Source: Octopus sinensis
Taxonomy: Eukaryota
Assembly: GCF_006345805.1 (NCBI RefSeq)
Contig: NC_042998.1
Span: 167,648,001-167,712,000 of the forward strand
Length of the DNA: 64,000 nt
Direction: 5' to 3'
Below the pieces are notes generated by a model. The model ran no database searches. It was not told the origin of the DNA and saw only the letters and a list, made by a program, of their open reading frames with translations. Position numbers and translations under genes: made by a program. Shown here one piece after another: positions 41,000 through 54,533 of this stretch. Numbering within the stretch: the first letter of the stretch is position 1; each line of letters opens with the position of its first letter.

Positions 41000-43170
41000 T
41001 AGGTAGCATGCCCTACAGCATTAATTTTTATTTTAGTTAATACTAGGTATCAGTGATTAAAGACAAAAGCTAATTAAGTAAATAAACAATTTTTAATTTT
41101 TAATACTTGAATTATTACATATTTTCTATAAATCTTCTCTATTGAAGTTACTAAGTTGTATATATACTTCATCATGATTTTAGTGATTAAGCTATTTTAT
41201 ATCCTTTTCTATGGTGTTTCTACCTTACCTGATCATTTTAATACTTTATAATTGCCTTTAGACAAGCCTAAATTTGTGTACCCCAATAAATCCATACTTA
41301 GCTTATAAAAAAAAAACAATAAGGGTATATTCACAATTTAAAATTAAACTGTCTAAATTATAATTTAACTAATTTATAGTAAATGATAAATCTTCCTGAT
41401 AACCCTAAGTTTTAGCTTTATACAATAATGACATATTGTTTAAAATAGTTTTAGTAACTAAGTTTTTTAACCCTTTCTTAAAATGTTTTGTCCTCTTAAT
41501 TTTGGTATTTATATCAGCTTTATACAAACAGCCGTTCTAATTAAGTACCCCTAAGAAACTGTAATATCATTTATGGATTAAGACAAATAACTTTTGAAAT
41601 CTATATTGTACCTCTTAATTTAATATTAGTATATGATTAGCATGTCCTTTTAACATCAATTATTCTTTCAACCAATACCGGGTTTTAATCCTGATTATAA
41701 CAAGCTAAATAAGTTAACAATTTTTAGCTCATAAATTATTATACATTTTCTATAAATACTTGCTATTGAAGTTTATAAGGTATAGATATTTTATTATGGT
41801 TTTTAGTGATTAAGCTGTTTTTATTCCTTTTCCATGATGCTCTACCCTAACTGATCATTTTTATTATTGTTATTTTATAGTAGCCTTAACTAAATCTAAT
41901 CCTTGTACCCCTATAAATTCATACTCAGCTTATATGAGGTAATACCAGTATCTGTACAACTTAAAATAGTTCAATTTAATTAAATCAGTATTTAGCTAAC
42001 ATGTTCTTTGGCCTCAGTTGCTCCCTTATTAAATACCAGTTAAATCCAATTGATCAATCTCCATAGAAACCATTTAATAAGTTAATATTTAGATAAGTAA
42101 TAAGTAAATAAGATATTGAACTATTTCTTTGCAATTTTCTTTTCCTCCCTCTATTGTGGTAAAAATTTGGTATATACTCAAAATATTCAAAGAAGTTTTA
42201 TCCTTTTGTTAAAATTTCATTCTTAGTAATCTTCTTGATTACCTTAAATTTTAACTTTATACAATAAGACAATATTGTCTGAAATGATTTTTAGAAATTA
42301 CTTAATTTAATTATTTCTTAAATGGTTCTACCCTCCCGATCTTAGTATTTATAAGGGTCTTCATATAAAAAACCCTTCTAAACAAATAGCACTAAGAAAC
42401 TATAAATATCATGTAGAGGGTAACAATAATAACTTCTTAAACCTATAATATAATCCTTAATTTAAAAAAAAAGATTAGTGTAAAATATGATTGTTCCATT
42501 ACTTAAATATTCTTTTAGCTGATACTAAACATTAGTCTTTTATTGATATTAGCTAAATAAGTAAATATATAATTTTTAGTCTAATATATTTTAAATTATT
42601 ATACTTTTTCTAAGAATCTTCTCTATTGGTGCTAATAAGCTACATATACTTTACCATAGTATTAGTAATTGAGCCATTTTATTTCCTTTTCTATGGTGTT
42701 CTGCCCTACTTGATTGTTTTATTTTATTTTATAATTAGCCTTTATTTATTTATAAAATTAATCTAATTTTTGTATCTCTATAAATTCATACTTAACTTAT
42801 ATAAAACTATACTGGTATATTTACTACTCAGATTAAAATTTTATTAATATACTGCTTAGATTAAAAATTTAATATATAATTAGCAGGTTCCTTTACCCCA
42901 ATACTCCTTTATTAATACTAGTATATACCAATTAATCAATATTCACAGATACCACCTGATGAGTTAGTATTTAAGTATACAATATGTATAAATATTAAAC
43001 TATTTCTGGATAATTTATTTTCCTCCCTCTATTGTGGTAAAAGTTTGGTATATACTCAAAAGTATTCATAAATTTCAATCCTTTTGTTATAATATTCTTC
43101 TTAATAATCCTTTGAATAACACAAAACTTTAACTGTATACAATATAGCAACATTGTTTAAAATATTTAAC
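41000..43170. repeat. Ancient internal tandem triplication, unit about 860-880 bp
   Basis: Anchors ttttcta(t/a) at 41122, 41746 and 42606, and ttcctccctctattgtggtaaaa at 42142 and 43020. Unit 1 has a deletion of about 240 bp. Confidence 0.8.
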
Positions 43171-43580
43171 TATAGTACCATGTGATAAGACTGCCCCTAT
43201 TTCATTATCAATAGTCTGCTAGTGGGTGACCCCCTTGATTATCAGCAAACATCTTGTTTTAAGTTTTCCCTTGCTAAACCTCATGATATTGCTTATAATA
43301 AATCTTGATTTTTTAATGACTATACCAACTAGAATGTCTGTCTACTCTCTCAGCCCTACCTCTAACAGATACTGCCCTCTGTTCTCTCAGCCTTAGATAT
43401 ACAGGGGATTTGATAAACTAATCTATAAATTAAAACTGACCCCATAAAGACAGAGTCTTCTTGATAATTTTAATAACTTCTATGCTGTTCTTTGTCTATC
43501 TCCTTAACTTCTTGGAGATTTTAGGTATAATTATACTAATGTTTCCGGCTGTTCAAATTTAATTAAATTCTATGCCTTTG

Positions 43581-43667
43581 TGCAGCTGAAGATTGCTTTA
43601 CATTTTAAATTGATATAATGATTGCATTGTTCAATTAAATGGAGTTGCATGAAACGATCGTTCTGCA
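43581..43667 (+). ncRNA. Type-I hammerhead-like motif with a long helix II (family 4), in the right terminal repeat of the GIY-YIG element
   Basis: Reads UGCAG-CUGAAGA-UUGC[~50-nt hairpin including CAUUU/AAAUG and AAUUG/CAAUU]GCAU-GAAA-CGAUCG-UU/CUGCA. Helix III is the palindrome ACGAUCGU. Position 10.1/11.1 is a U.U mismatch. Confidence 0.6.
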
Positions 43668-44456
43668 TTACCTCTGGATATCCTTGTTGCTTATTTTGAT
43701 TTCAATCACCTTACTTTGAAATTGTATGGATAATACCGTACTAAATTCTGGTGCCTCAACTAAAGTACCATATTCATCTGAACCTATATTTATACATATA
43801 TACATAAATGATATCTAAATTCCAATGAAAATAACCATGTGTCTTTATTGGATATTGACTCTTTCCATATTGGCGTCGATGTATATAAATACATGCAAAA
43901 AATTTTATAGAGATCCTGAAAATTCCTCCAATTTTGTTTCTGCTTGATCTACAGGACTATCTTTTTAACATATATTGTATATTCATTAGGCCACTATCAT
44001 GCCTCTAGAAGCGATATTTACAGAGAACAAAACATGGTGTTAGTTAGCTCATTGGTACTGATGTTACATAAGCTGCATCGGTTGTCACATCCAGATGTTT
44101 TCCTCACCTCCCTATCTCTATTGGGCACCGCGTGTTTTGCAATTTTCAGTTGTTTGATAATGAAACAAACACATTAAAGTGAGAGATAGGCTTGTTTGGT
44201 TGCCTGTCACTGTCACTGTAAGGCCTTCTGTGACAACATAATTTTACATGACCCTCTATTATTAAGGACTTATTCTAGTGCTTATTTTATCGATATCTCT
44301 TGCCGAACCGCTAAGTTACGTGGACGTAAACACAGCAACATCGGCTGTCAGGCGATGGTGGTGGTGCAAGCACACACAAATATACACATATATACGACAG
44401 TATTCTTTCAGTTTCTGTGTACAAAATCCACTGACAAGGCTTTGGTCGGCCTGAGG

Positions 44457-44523
<67 letters not shown>

Positions 44524-44605
44524 GTATATGTATATATATATATATTATATATATATATATTATATATATATATATGTATGTATGTATATGTATATATATA
44601 CATAT

Positions 44606-44607
<2 letters not shown>

Positions 44608-44637
<30 letters not shown>

Positions 44638-45997
44638 TTAGCGTCCGTTTTCCATGCTAGCATGGGTTGGACGGTTCAACTGGGGTCTGTGAAGCTGGAA
44701 AGCTTCATCAGGCCCAGTCAGATCTGGCAGTGTTTCTACGGCTGGATGCCCTTCCTAACGCCAACCACTCCGTGAGTGTAGTGGGTGCTTTTTACGTGCC
44801 ACCCGCACAGGTGCCAGACAGAGCTGGCAAACGGCCACAAACGGATGGTGCTTTTACGTGTCACCGGCACGGGGGCCAGGCGAGGCTGGCAACGGACACG
44901 AACGGATGGTGCTTTTACGTGCCACCAACACGGGGCCAGACAGAGCTGGCAAACGGCTACGAAACGGATGGTGCTTTTACGTGTCACCGGCACGGGGGCC
45001 AGGCGAGGCTGGCAACGGACACGAACGGATGGTGCTTTTACGTGCCACCGACACGGGGGCCAGACAGAGCTGGCAAACAGACACGAACGGATGGTGTTTT
45101 TACGTGCCACCGACACGGGGGGCAGACAGAGCTGGCAAACGGCCACGAACGGATGGTGCTTTTACGTGCCACCGACACGGGGGCCAGACAGAGCTGGCAA
45201 ACAGACACGAACGGATGGTGTTTTTACGTGCCACCGACACGGGGGGCAGACAGAGCTGGCAAAACGGCCACGAACGGATGGTGCTTTTACGTGCCACCGA
45301 CACGGAGGCTAGACGGGGCGGCGCCGGCAACGACCACGATCGGATGGTTCGCTTAACCACAGCTGCAATTCCCACTGATGTTGATCGACCTCAATTTGGT
45401 TCTGCTTTCTGATATATGAATTGATTTGGTTTGATTTTGATTTTGACTGTTCTCACTGGTCTTGCCGGGTTTTCTCACGCACAGCATACTTCCAAAGGTC
45501 TCGGTCTCTGGTCATTTCCTTGGTGAGACCTAAAGTTCGAAAGTCGTCCTTCACCACCTCGACCCAGGTTTTCCTGGGTCTACCTCTTCCACAGGTCCCC
45601 TCAACTGCCAGGGTGTGGTACTTTCGCACACAACTATCTTCAGCCATTCTCATCACATGACCATACCAGCGCAAACGTCTCTCTTGCACACAACAACTGA
45701 TGCTTCTTAGGTTCAACTTTTCTCTCAAGGTACTTACACTCTGTCGATTATGAACACTGACGTTACACATCCATCGGAGCATACTAGCTTCATTTTTTGC
45801 GAGCTTACGCAAATCCTCAGGAGTCACAGCCCAAGTTCCACTACCATGTAACATGGCTGTACGTACACATGCATCATACAGTCTGCCTTTTACTTTGAGC
45901 GAGAGGCCTTTTGTCACCAGCAGGGGTAAGAGCTCTCTAAACTCTGCCCAGGCTATTCTTACTCTAGCAGTTACACTTTCAGCACACCCTCCCCCGC
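44608..45997 (-). mobile_element. 5'-truncated RTE-clade LINE with a (TGA)n tail and a 3'-UTR minisatellite
   Basis: ORF 45453-45917 (LSLKVKGRLYDACVRTAMLHGSGTW..RRLRWYGHVMRM..GRGRPRKTW..DRDLWK) continues upstream as GGGCAESVTARVRIAW. A (cat)n tail lies at 44608-44637. Confidence 0.9.
44783..45345. repeat. GC-rich ~60-bp minisatellite, about 9 units with alternating variants
   Basis: Unit is cggatggtgcttttacgtgccaccgacacgggggccagacagagctggcaaacggccacgaa, with B variants such as caggcgaggctggc. Confidence 0.9.
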
Positions 45998-46039
45998 TAC
46001 ATATATATGTATATATACATATATATGTACATATATGTA

Positions 46040-46079
<40 letters not shown>

Positions 46080-46784
46080 TACACATATATAAACACATAA
46101 AAACACACAGGCACACACACACACATATATAAAAATTAAACAGGATGTCATCCGCTGCATCGGAAATCTGCAATGGCTCCATAAGTACCGTCTCGGCTAT
46201 AACCTTGGAGCTCCATCATCCGTTACAACACTTACCTAGCGTACCTAATCGTTTAGATCACCTGTGAACTAAACCCCCATACTTTGTATACATATATATA
46301 TACATACACACACACACACATACATATTGAAGCTATTAAAAGTGAAAGAATAAAAGAGAAACTGTTCAAAGTGAAACAATATAAAAGTGAAGTTATTAAA
46401 ACTAAAACAATATAAAAGGAAACTATTTATATCTGTTACTCCGTCGAAAGTTTCACTTTTATGCTTCGAGCTTTGAGATCTGATACGGAACCAGTGCCAA
46501 TGTTGTATTGTTTTAATCCCCAAAATTACATGTTGACTCTCTCGTGATAATATTATCAGGTAAGATTTGATTTGATTTGGTTTAGCCGTTTGAGAATGCA
46601 GAGATACCAAGGATTTTATATATAGATAGATAAGTTTTCCATTCGATCTTCCGTAGCAGTAGATTTTTGCAAAATGTCTGGGTGTGTGTATCATTCGTTA
46701 TCTGTCAGAGAATACTTTCTGAGAAGCTTCTTTCAAATTCCCATGTTTTTATTTGCCTTATGTGTCAGACATGTTCGATGTACG

Positions 46785-47265
46785 TGTGTGTGTATGTATG
46801 TATGTATGTATGTATGTATGTATGTATGTATGTATGTATGTATGTGTGTGTGTGTGCGCGCGCGCGTGCGTGCGTGCGTGCGTGCGTGCGTGTGTATGTG
46901 TGTGTGTGTGTATGTATGTATGTATTTATGTGTGTATGTGTGTATGTGTGTATGTGTGTGTGTGTATGTATGTATGTGTGTATGTATGTATGTATGTATG
47001 TATGCATGTATGTATGTGTGTATGTGTGTGTATGTATGTATGTATGTATGTGTGTATGTGTGTATGTATGTATGCATGTATGTATGTATGTATATTGTAT
47101 GTATGTATGTATGTATGTATGTATGTATGTGTGTATATGTGTATGTGTGTGTATGTGTGTGTATGTATGTATGTATGTATGTATGTATGTATGTATGTAT
47201 GTGAGTTTGTATATATGTGTGTGCTTATGTTTATGTATGTGTGTGTGTTTATGTATATGTATGTA
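46785..47265. repeat. Compound (TATG)n/(TG)n microsatellite
   Basis: Read directly. Similar AT/AC arrays occur at 2715-3100, 17000-17115, 17593-17735, 21040-21385, 26830-26936, 28085-28505, 30830-31020, 36600-36960, 44460-44607, 52825-52965 and 61256-61385. Confidence 0.95.
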
Positions 47266-47552
47266 CAACTAATATGGTTAACCCTAATTTTAACCATATT
47301 GTCACTGCTTGTGTTTAGTATTGAATTTGTAATTCTCGCACCAACCGAGATGTGGTGGCGTGGAATTTTCATTTTATTTGGTTTCATGACAGCTGAAGTC
47401 GTAGGTGAAGTTAAAGCTGAAATAACATCGCAGTGCAATTGGTGTCAGCGACGACAACGATAACGTGAAGAACAACAACAATAGCCAAAGAACAACAGTA
47501 AGTAAAAAGAAAAGAACCGAGTGACACAGAGATACACACACACACACACAGA

Positions 47553-47586
<34 letters not shown>

Positions 47587-49211
47587 TTAAAAGTAAGAGA
47601 GATAGAAAGATTAGGAAAAGAGAGAGAGAGAGAAGGAGGAGAAACCATTGTAAAATAGTCAGTGTTACAGTAAAGCGTGGTGGTTGGTACGAAAAGGGAT
47701 CAAACAAAGAAAAAAAAAGTAACAAAACGACCAAAAGAAAATATTCCGACATTTCCTAAATGATAGAAGTCGTGTTAAATAATTACGGAAAAGATTGGTA
47801 AGAGAAAGTAAACTAAAACAGGACAACGATTAATGTAATAGGAATGAAGAAATCCTTCAATATACGGGTGAAACCACCATACGACAATTACATATGGTGG
47901 ACAGTGAAAGAAAGAATAAAAAGTTTATGACTGACGAAGGTAAATGTTAAACATATAAAAGACAAATACTCGACAGTCTGCAGAAAAGATTGTAATACTT
48001 TGTAAATCCTGATTCATTTTTGACTGCAATGTTAACTCTGTTTATTTTACAGCTTTCTTTACGTATTTTTAGTAGTGTTTTGATCAGAGTTTATCTCGGT
48101 AAGCTAGGTTTATTTTTATAAACCTTAGTTGTCTTTCTTTAGCGCTTTCTTTCTTTATTAATACATACATTCAGCAACAAACAGACAAGTACACAAATAC
48201 ACACATTCGTATACATTTACATATAGTGAGAACACTAAGAAAGATTGAAATGTTGATGAGTCTACAAAAAACAAAAGAGAATATTGTACTCAATAGCCAT
48301 ATAGAACAATCACTAATTCGGTTCCATTGAAAACTAAACAACTTCAGATTATTAGTGAACTTCAAACTCGTTATATTCACTTTAGGCAAGTATGAACCGT
48401 GAACAAAAGAAAGGAGGCTAAAACTAAGCCAAGCCATATTTAAAAATTGAAATAGTATTTGATTTTGAAATTTTATTTGATTTACTTACTTTTAATTTGT
48501 TTGATATATTATCGGTGAGAAAGCTAGTTCCATTCAAGAACCATAACGAGGTGGAATATTTAAACACAAATCTATCAGAATAACTTCATATCTCCAGTGA
48601 AGAACATATAACAAAGAATTAGCAACTTGTCTTACACACTCTGTCACTCTCCTCATTATATCCATTCTGATATTCACCCCCTACTAGAACTGTCGGGTAC
48701 TTTCAAAAAGAGACAGTCCTGATTAAGGAGAAGGTGAACCGCAGCTTTCTACTTCAATGAGGTTTGCTTATTTATTCGGTTCCTTCTACATTCGTCGCAC
48801 ACGTAGATTCTGTCTCTGAAAATTTTAGTTTGGGCGCAGTTACGTAGTTTTCATGCATTCGACTTCAAATTCCGCCGAGGTCGACTTTGCCTTTCATCCT
48901 TTCGGGGTCGATAAATTAAGTACCAGTTGCATACTGGGGTCGATCTAATCGGCTGATCCCCCCTCCCCAAAATTTTGGGCCTTGTGCCTAGAGTAGAAAA
49001 GATTATATTCAATCAAGAAATTTATTTTAAAATCCAGAGGACTTAAAGTAGAAATCTTTCAATGTCTTCAATTTGCTTATATCATTTCGTCAACATCGCC
49101 GGTCGATTGCTTTGTTGGTATGCATTAAATGTAGATATTTGACTGCCATGGAATCAGTCATTCACAGAAGTTCTCGAATCAATTTCAACTGGCGTTTACA
49201 ATACCTTTCAG

Positions 49212-49274
49212 GTCAGCAGGGTGTTCTCCACAATGCCTGCACGTACGTAGCGATGAACGAATTCTGGGATGGTT
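49212..49274 (+). CDS. Candidate 63-nt internal exon of an unidentified gene
   Basis: Acceptor tacctttcag and consensus donor |gtaagt. Open in two frames (QQGVLHNACTYVAMNEFWDG or SAGCSPQCLHVRSDERILGW). Confidence 0.35.
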
Positions 49275-50029
49275 GTAAGTGGTGCTACTTTTTGTCTCCT
49301 ACATATAAAAGATGAAGAAAGCAACAGATTAGACGGAAAGTTATACTATGACAACCAGAAGACATACGCATTTGATATCTGGTTTGAGATTTTTCAGGTC
49401 AGATGATCTTTCCAAAGACAGGTTTCTATGTTTGTTATTAAATTTTTTTTTCCTGCTACTTCAATACATGATGTAACAAATACATATCTACATACATACA
49501 CACATACAGATATATATATATATATATATATCCATACAGAAATATATATATGTACATAAAGAAATATATATGTGTACATAAAGAAATATATAAATAAATA
49601 TGGACGTAGGCGTTGCTGTGTGGTAAGAAGCTTACTTCCCAACCACATTTCCGAGTTCAGTCCCACAGCGTGGCACCTTGGGCAAGTATTTTCCACTATA
49701 GCCTCGGGCCAACCAAAGCCTTGTGAACGGATTTGGTTGAAAGCCGACGAGAATGCATCGTAGCTCTTCGCTCTGACATTTGAAACTCTGAGTACTATAA
49801 TGACAACTTACTGATTGTCCTAAACTATAAATATAAATAATACTCTATTTATGTTGTTGTTGTTGTTGTTTTTGTTGTCGTTGTTGTTGTTGTTGTTGTC
49901 GTCATCATCATCATCATCATCCTCATCATTATACACACACACACACACACATACACAGAGAAAACGGCAAATCAAAGTAAAAACAAAAGCAGGAAAAACA
50001 ACAAAAATCAAAAGTATGTACACAATTTT

Positions 50030-50766
50030 TCAGCCATCTTGGAAAATTCTGAACCACTCGTACACTTGTGTGCGGCTCATACACTCCACTTCGTACATTT
50101 TCTGCAAATTTGCGTAGGCCTCTGTGCAGGGTATCGCCATGAGAACTTTCTCTGCCATGGTCAATGCGATGATCACACGATACACACCTTCCTTCTAAGC
50201 ACTGCTGTAGACAGCGGAAGTGAGCTAGATCGTTAAAACTTAGTGCGCATGCACAGCGGAGTGCAAGGTCAATCTGTACCAAGCGGTTTCACTCTGCGTG
50301 CTTTAGCTTCGTTAGTATACTCTTTTATTCTTTTACTTGTTTCAGTCATTTGACTACGGCCATGATGGAGCACCGCCTTTAGTTGAGCAAATCGACCCCG
50401 GGATTTATTCTTTTGTAAGCCTAGTACTTATTCTATCGCTCTCTAGTGCCGAAACACTAAATTACGGGGACGCAAACACACTAGCATCGGTTGTCAAGCG
50501 ATATTGTGGGAACAAACACGGACACACAAACACACACACATACACATATATATACATATATACGACGGATTCTTTCAGTTTCCGTCTACCAAATCCACTC
50601 ACAAGGCTTTGGTCGGCCCGAGGCTATAATAGAACACACTTGCCCAAGGTGCTACGCAGTGGGACTGAACCCGGAACCATGTGGCTGGTAAGCAAGCTAC
50701 TTACCGCACAGCCTCTCCTGCACCTATAGTATGGTAACTGTTCTGATACTTATTGATCAAACCTCG
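50030..50766 (-). mobile_element. 5' part of a mariner (irritans-like), interrupted by a CORE-type SINE
   Basis: TIR TACGAGGTTTGATCAATAAGTATC at 50745-50768. HTH piece IPCTEAYANLQKMYEVECMSRTQVYEWFRIFQDG at about 50040-50150. Confidence 0.75.
50321..50724 (-). mobile_element. CORE-type SINE copy nested in a mariner
   Basis: Reverse complement of the 12785-13198 family. Confidence 0.85.
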
Positions 50767-52090
50767 TATGTCCTCAGTTTATTTCCTGATAAGGAGATTT
50801 GGATGAGTATTATAAATAAATGCTGTACAATATGTCGTGAAAATAACCAGAGCCACTCATTGAAAACATTAAAATAGTAAAGAGTATGATGATAACAAGC
50901 GAAACACTACATTGTAAAAACTGCATTGATCCAGCTTCATCTAATATTTTCTCATTATCGAATAATATCTGTTTGTTAAGATAGTGTAATTTGAAGAGTA
51001 TTTTATTGAGAACGTCGACTTTTAAAAGCAACATACCAAAAGCATAACAATTCATTTGTTTGCAGACAGACTGACTGTTTTATGTGTCTGGTAGGATTTG
51101 TTTTATGGTCAGAATAATGTATTTTTTTTTTCCTATATCAAATGGTGATGGTTTAAAACAGAACGAAATAAATCTTATTATCATTGATGACACACAGAGA
51201 TAAATGAATGTCAAGCAATAGTGGTTATAATTCTCATTGGTTTGTCCATCTGAGAAATTTATGACCTCAAACGTATCGTAGGTCTAGAAAGTGTAATGGT
51301 CTTTCACTCGACAAAGATTTATGAGAATCAAACAAACTGTAACGACAGATACGAGCAGAGTTGGTTTTAAAACAGACAGGTAAATTCATTACTGTCAAAC
51401 AATGACAATTGGTTGATATTATAGGTTTGAATAATAGGAAGATTTATAATGTAATTGCACGTGCCCTTAGTATCCTCATATTTCATGTTTTTATCAACAA
51501 TCCTTCGTAAGAATTGAATTGCGAAGGAGTAAATACTACATGAAAAATAAATTAAAAAGTAAATATTTATTAAATATTGTGTATAAGACGAAAATATAAG
51601 TTGATTTTAAATAGAAATTATATTCCGATTAGATAATCTATTGAAAGTTCAGATATATTATTTAGAATTTTTAAAATTTTAATTTTATCGTCTTTTCTTT
51701 TTTTCGGGCATTAACCCATTTCTTGGTAGATTTTCATATGTACCAGAATGACAATGGTGTAGCGACTATCTTATCTTAAGACAGACCTTGTGAACACTAA
51801 TATGCGTAAAAAACATATGCAGGCCATAGGTTTCATAGTCGACATTCCATTACATAAACGGTGCTTATATCCTATTGTTACAAACTAGAACTACAGTACG
51901 GTTGTTTTTATATATCGCAATTTCTTTTCTTTGTGTTTTAATGGGCATCGTTGAATAACTAGTTTACAAGGAGCCAATTATTGGGGCACTGCGCTTACGA
52001 AGAGAACAGTGAGAAGGGAATGTCACCGTTTTATTTTCCAGTTACTTGCCGATATTTATCGGTGACAGAGACATACATAGACACACAGAC

Positions 52091-52122
<32 letters not shown>

Positions 52123-52822
52123 CACACACACACACACACACATACACACACACACACACAGAGGTTCACACATTGGAAAACTTTTGATATTTATATTTCG
52201 TCTTTTGAACTAGCCACTATAAGAATTAATCGAAATAGTCATATGAATTCACAAAGTGCTTTGTGGTACTTTAGTTGGGACTTTAGTTGACAGAATCAAC
52301 TCCAGTACTTACATAATTTTTTAAGACTTGATATTTATTCTATCGATTTTTAACGCCTTACAGAAATGTAAACAAACCATCACACACATGCACGCACACA
52401 CACACACAACATATATACATACATATATGCATGAGTGGCTGTGTAGTAAGAAGCTTGCTTCCCAATCACATGGTTCCGGGTCCAATCCCACTGCGTGACA
52501 CCTTGGGCATGTGTCTTCTGCTATAGTCACGGGTCAACCAAAGCCATGTGAGAGGATTTGGTATAGAAGAATACACACACACACACATATTATATATATA
52601 TATATATATATTCATCAGCCATGTGACCACACACGTCCTTTTCATGGAGTATTCTTTTCCTTTTCTCCGGTCCTTGCTTATTCCCTCTTTTTGACGAAGC
52701 ACCATGCTCGAAATGTCACACCTCCTCTGTTTTCCATTTTAAATTGAGCAGCAACCTATACATTCACTGTGTACATCCTTTTGACTTTTGTTGTTTTTAT
52801 TTTTGTTGGTCTCTCGCCTAAT

Positions 52823-52909
<87 letters not shown>

Positions 52910-52921
52910 ATCTATATCTGA

Positions 52922-52956
<35 letters not shown>

Positions 52957-53336
52957 ATATATATATATGCTTTTACGTCCTGTTCTTGTCACATTTTTTT
53001 TCTTTCCTTGTTTTTACCCCTCTGCAAGGGAATTTTATTTAATTCCCTTGCAGGAAGGACCGGTCCTACGGGCGTGTTCTGTCCTTACCTTGGAAACACG
53101 CATGGAGTCGAACCGGGGACAGCTTGTGTTGTTCGTCTTGTGTTCTGTTTTTTCGTTGTTAAAAAAAAGTCCGTTCCCTTGTTTTTATGTTTTCGTTTCT
53201 CGTTGAGTTCTACGTCTATTTGTGGTGTCATGTACTCACATATATATATATTTATATATGCATGTATATATACATGTAGATGTAGGTACGTACATATATA
53301 TATGTATGTATGCATATATTTTATTTATTAAATTAT

Positions 53337-53370
<34 letters not shown>

Positions 53371-53374
53371 TAAT

Positions 53375-54062
53375 CAGGGTGCGATGGGTACATTATCGCC
53401 TATTTATATTTCTAATTTCGTGCATTGTTTATTTTTGATTTTGTGCCCCAGCATGGCCGCGGCCTTCGGGCTAAAACATTTTTAAGGATTTAAGGATTTA
53501 CACAGTGTAGTATAGAATTAGTTGGGCACCGTTTGTGAGAAAAAAGAGCACCGTGACGCTATTCAATTTACCAGAAATTTGGAAACGACATGCTGTGCTG
53601 CGTACCGGAAACTCCTATACGAATATTTCAGAGTATTTGGGTGTCAATCTGAGAACAGTGCAGTCTCAGTACCGAGAGTAATAAAACTCAAACATCCAGT
53701 CAGCATCATGGAGTTTGGTGTGATCACTAGTAATGGCGACGTTATGCCCCCATTCACCTTCCCACACGGTTCACACTCAACACGGAGGCCTACATCAAGT
53801 GCGTGGTGGAGGTAGTACTGCTCTGTATCAAGAGGCTACTGCAAAACCCTGTATCTGGTAACAGGAATCTGCACCATGCCACACAAGCTGGAGAACCCAG
53901 TTATGGCTGTCAGACAATTTCTGCGATATCACCCTTAACATCTGACCACCTAGTATTTCAAGATATTTTTATGTAATTTTGGTAAATATATCTGTTAAAA
54001 TAAGATGTCAGATCATTTTCATTTCTGCGTAATTTAAACGACAGTTTATTCACCACACCCTG
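53375..54062 (+). mobile_element. maT/DD37D-type transposon relic, internally deleted
   Basis: KHPVSIMEFGVITSNGDVMPPF..YIKCV..Q(Q)ESAPCH..WLSDNF..WPP-like. Termini CAGGGTG and CACCCTG. Confidence 0.7.
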
Positions 54063-54533
54063 TATATAAGACGGGTTTCTTTTAGTTTCCGCCTACCAAA
54101 TCCACTCATAAGGCTTTGGTCAGCCCGGGTTTATAGTTGAAGACACTTGTCCAAAGTGCCAGGCATTTGGACTGAACACAACCATATCTTCGCCTACGCT
54201 AAGCCACGCCTTAAATATCCATTGAAATCCTTCGATAGTTATTGAAAATTCTTTGAAAACTCGAAATTCTATGAATATTCGGAATATTCACATTCATATT
54301 TTGTATCAAAAACTCACTATCAAGTGTGTTCATAGAAAGTATTTCATATGGGAACATAGAAAGTATTTCATATTAATGTTAAAAATTCAAACTCGAACAT
54401 TGCATTTTATTTCATTTGAGAATCAAACAGTTTTCTTCTTAAACTGTTAATATATATTCACTTCCATTTCTTCTTTACCTTATGTTAACATTCTCTATCT
54501 GTCTTCCCTTCGTATTCACCTATTATCTGCACA

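Larger units (their letters stand above)
39905..43700 (+). mobile_element. Penelope-like element without RT: inverted ~430-bp terminal repeats, GIY-YIG endonuclease relic and a long AT-rich internal repeat region
   Basis: 39905-40333 is the reverse complement of 43260-43700, with small indels. Both repeats carry the family-4 hammerhead motif. The endonuclease relic is at 40398-40939. Confidence 0.75.

Noticed and set aside
42040-42090. LAGLIDADG-like LLNGFYGD motif on the minus strand
   Set aside because: It is in a different frame from the best cross-unit codon alignment and is not conserved in unit 3; probably chance.
44783-45345. Repeat array resembling a CRISPR
   Set aside because: The units are contiguous with no unique spacers, lie in a LINE 3' UTR, and have no cas genes nearby; the context is eukaryotic.
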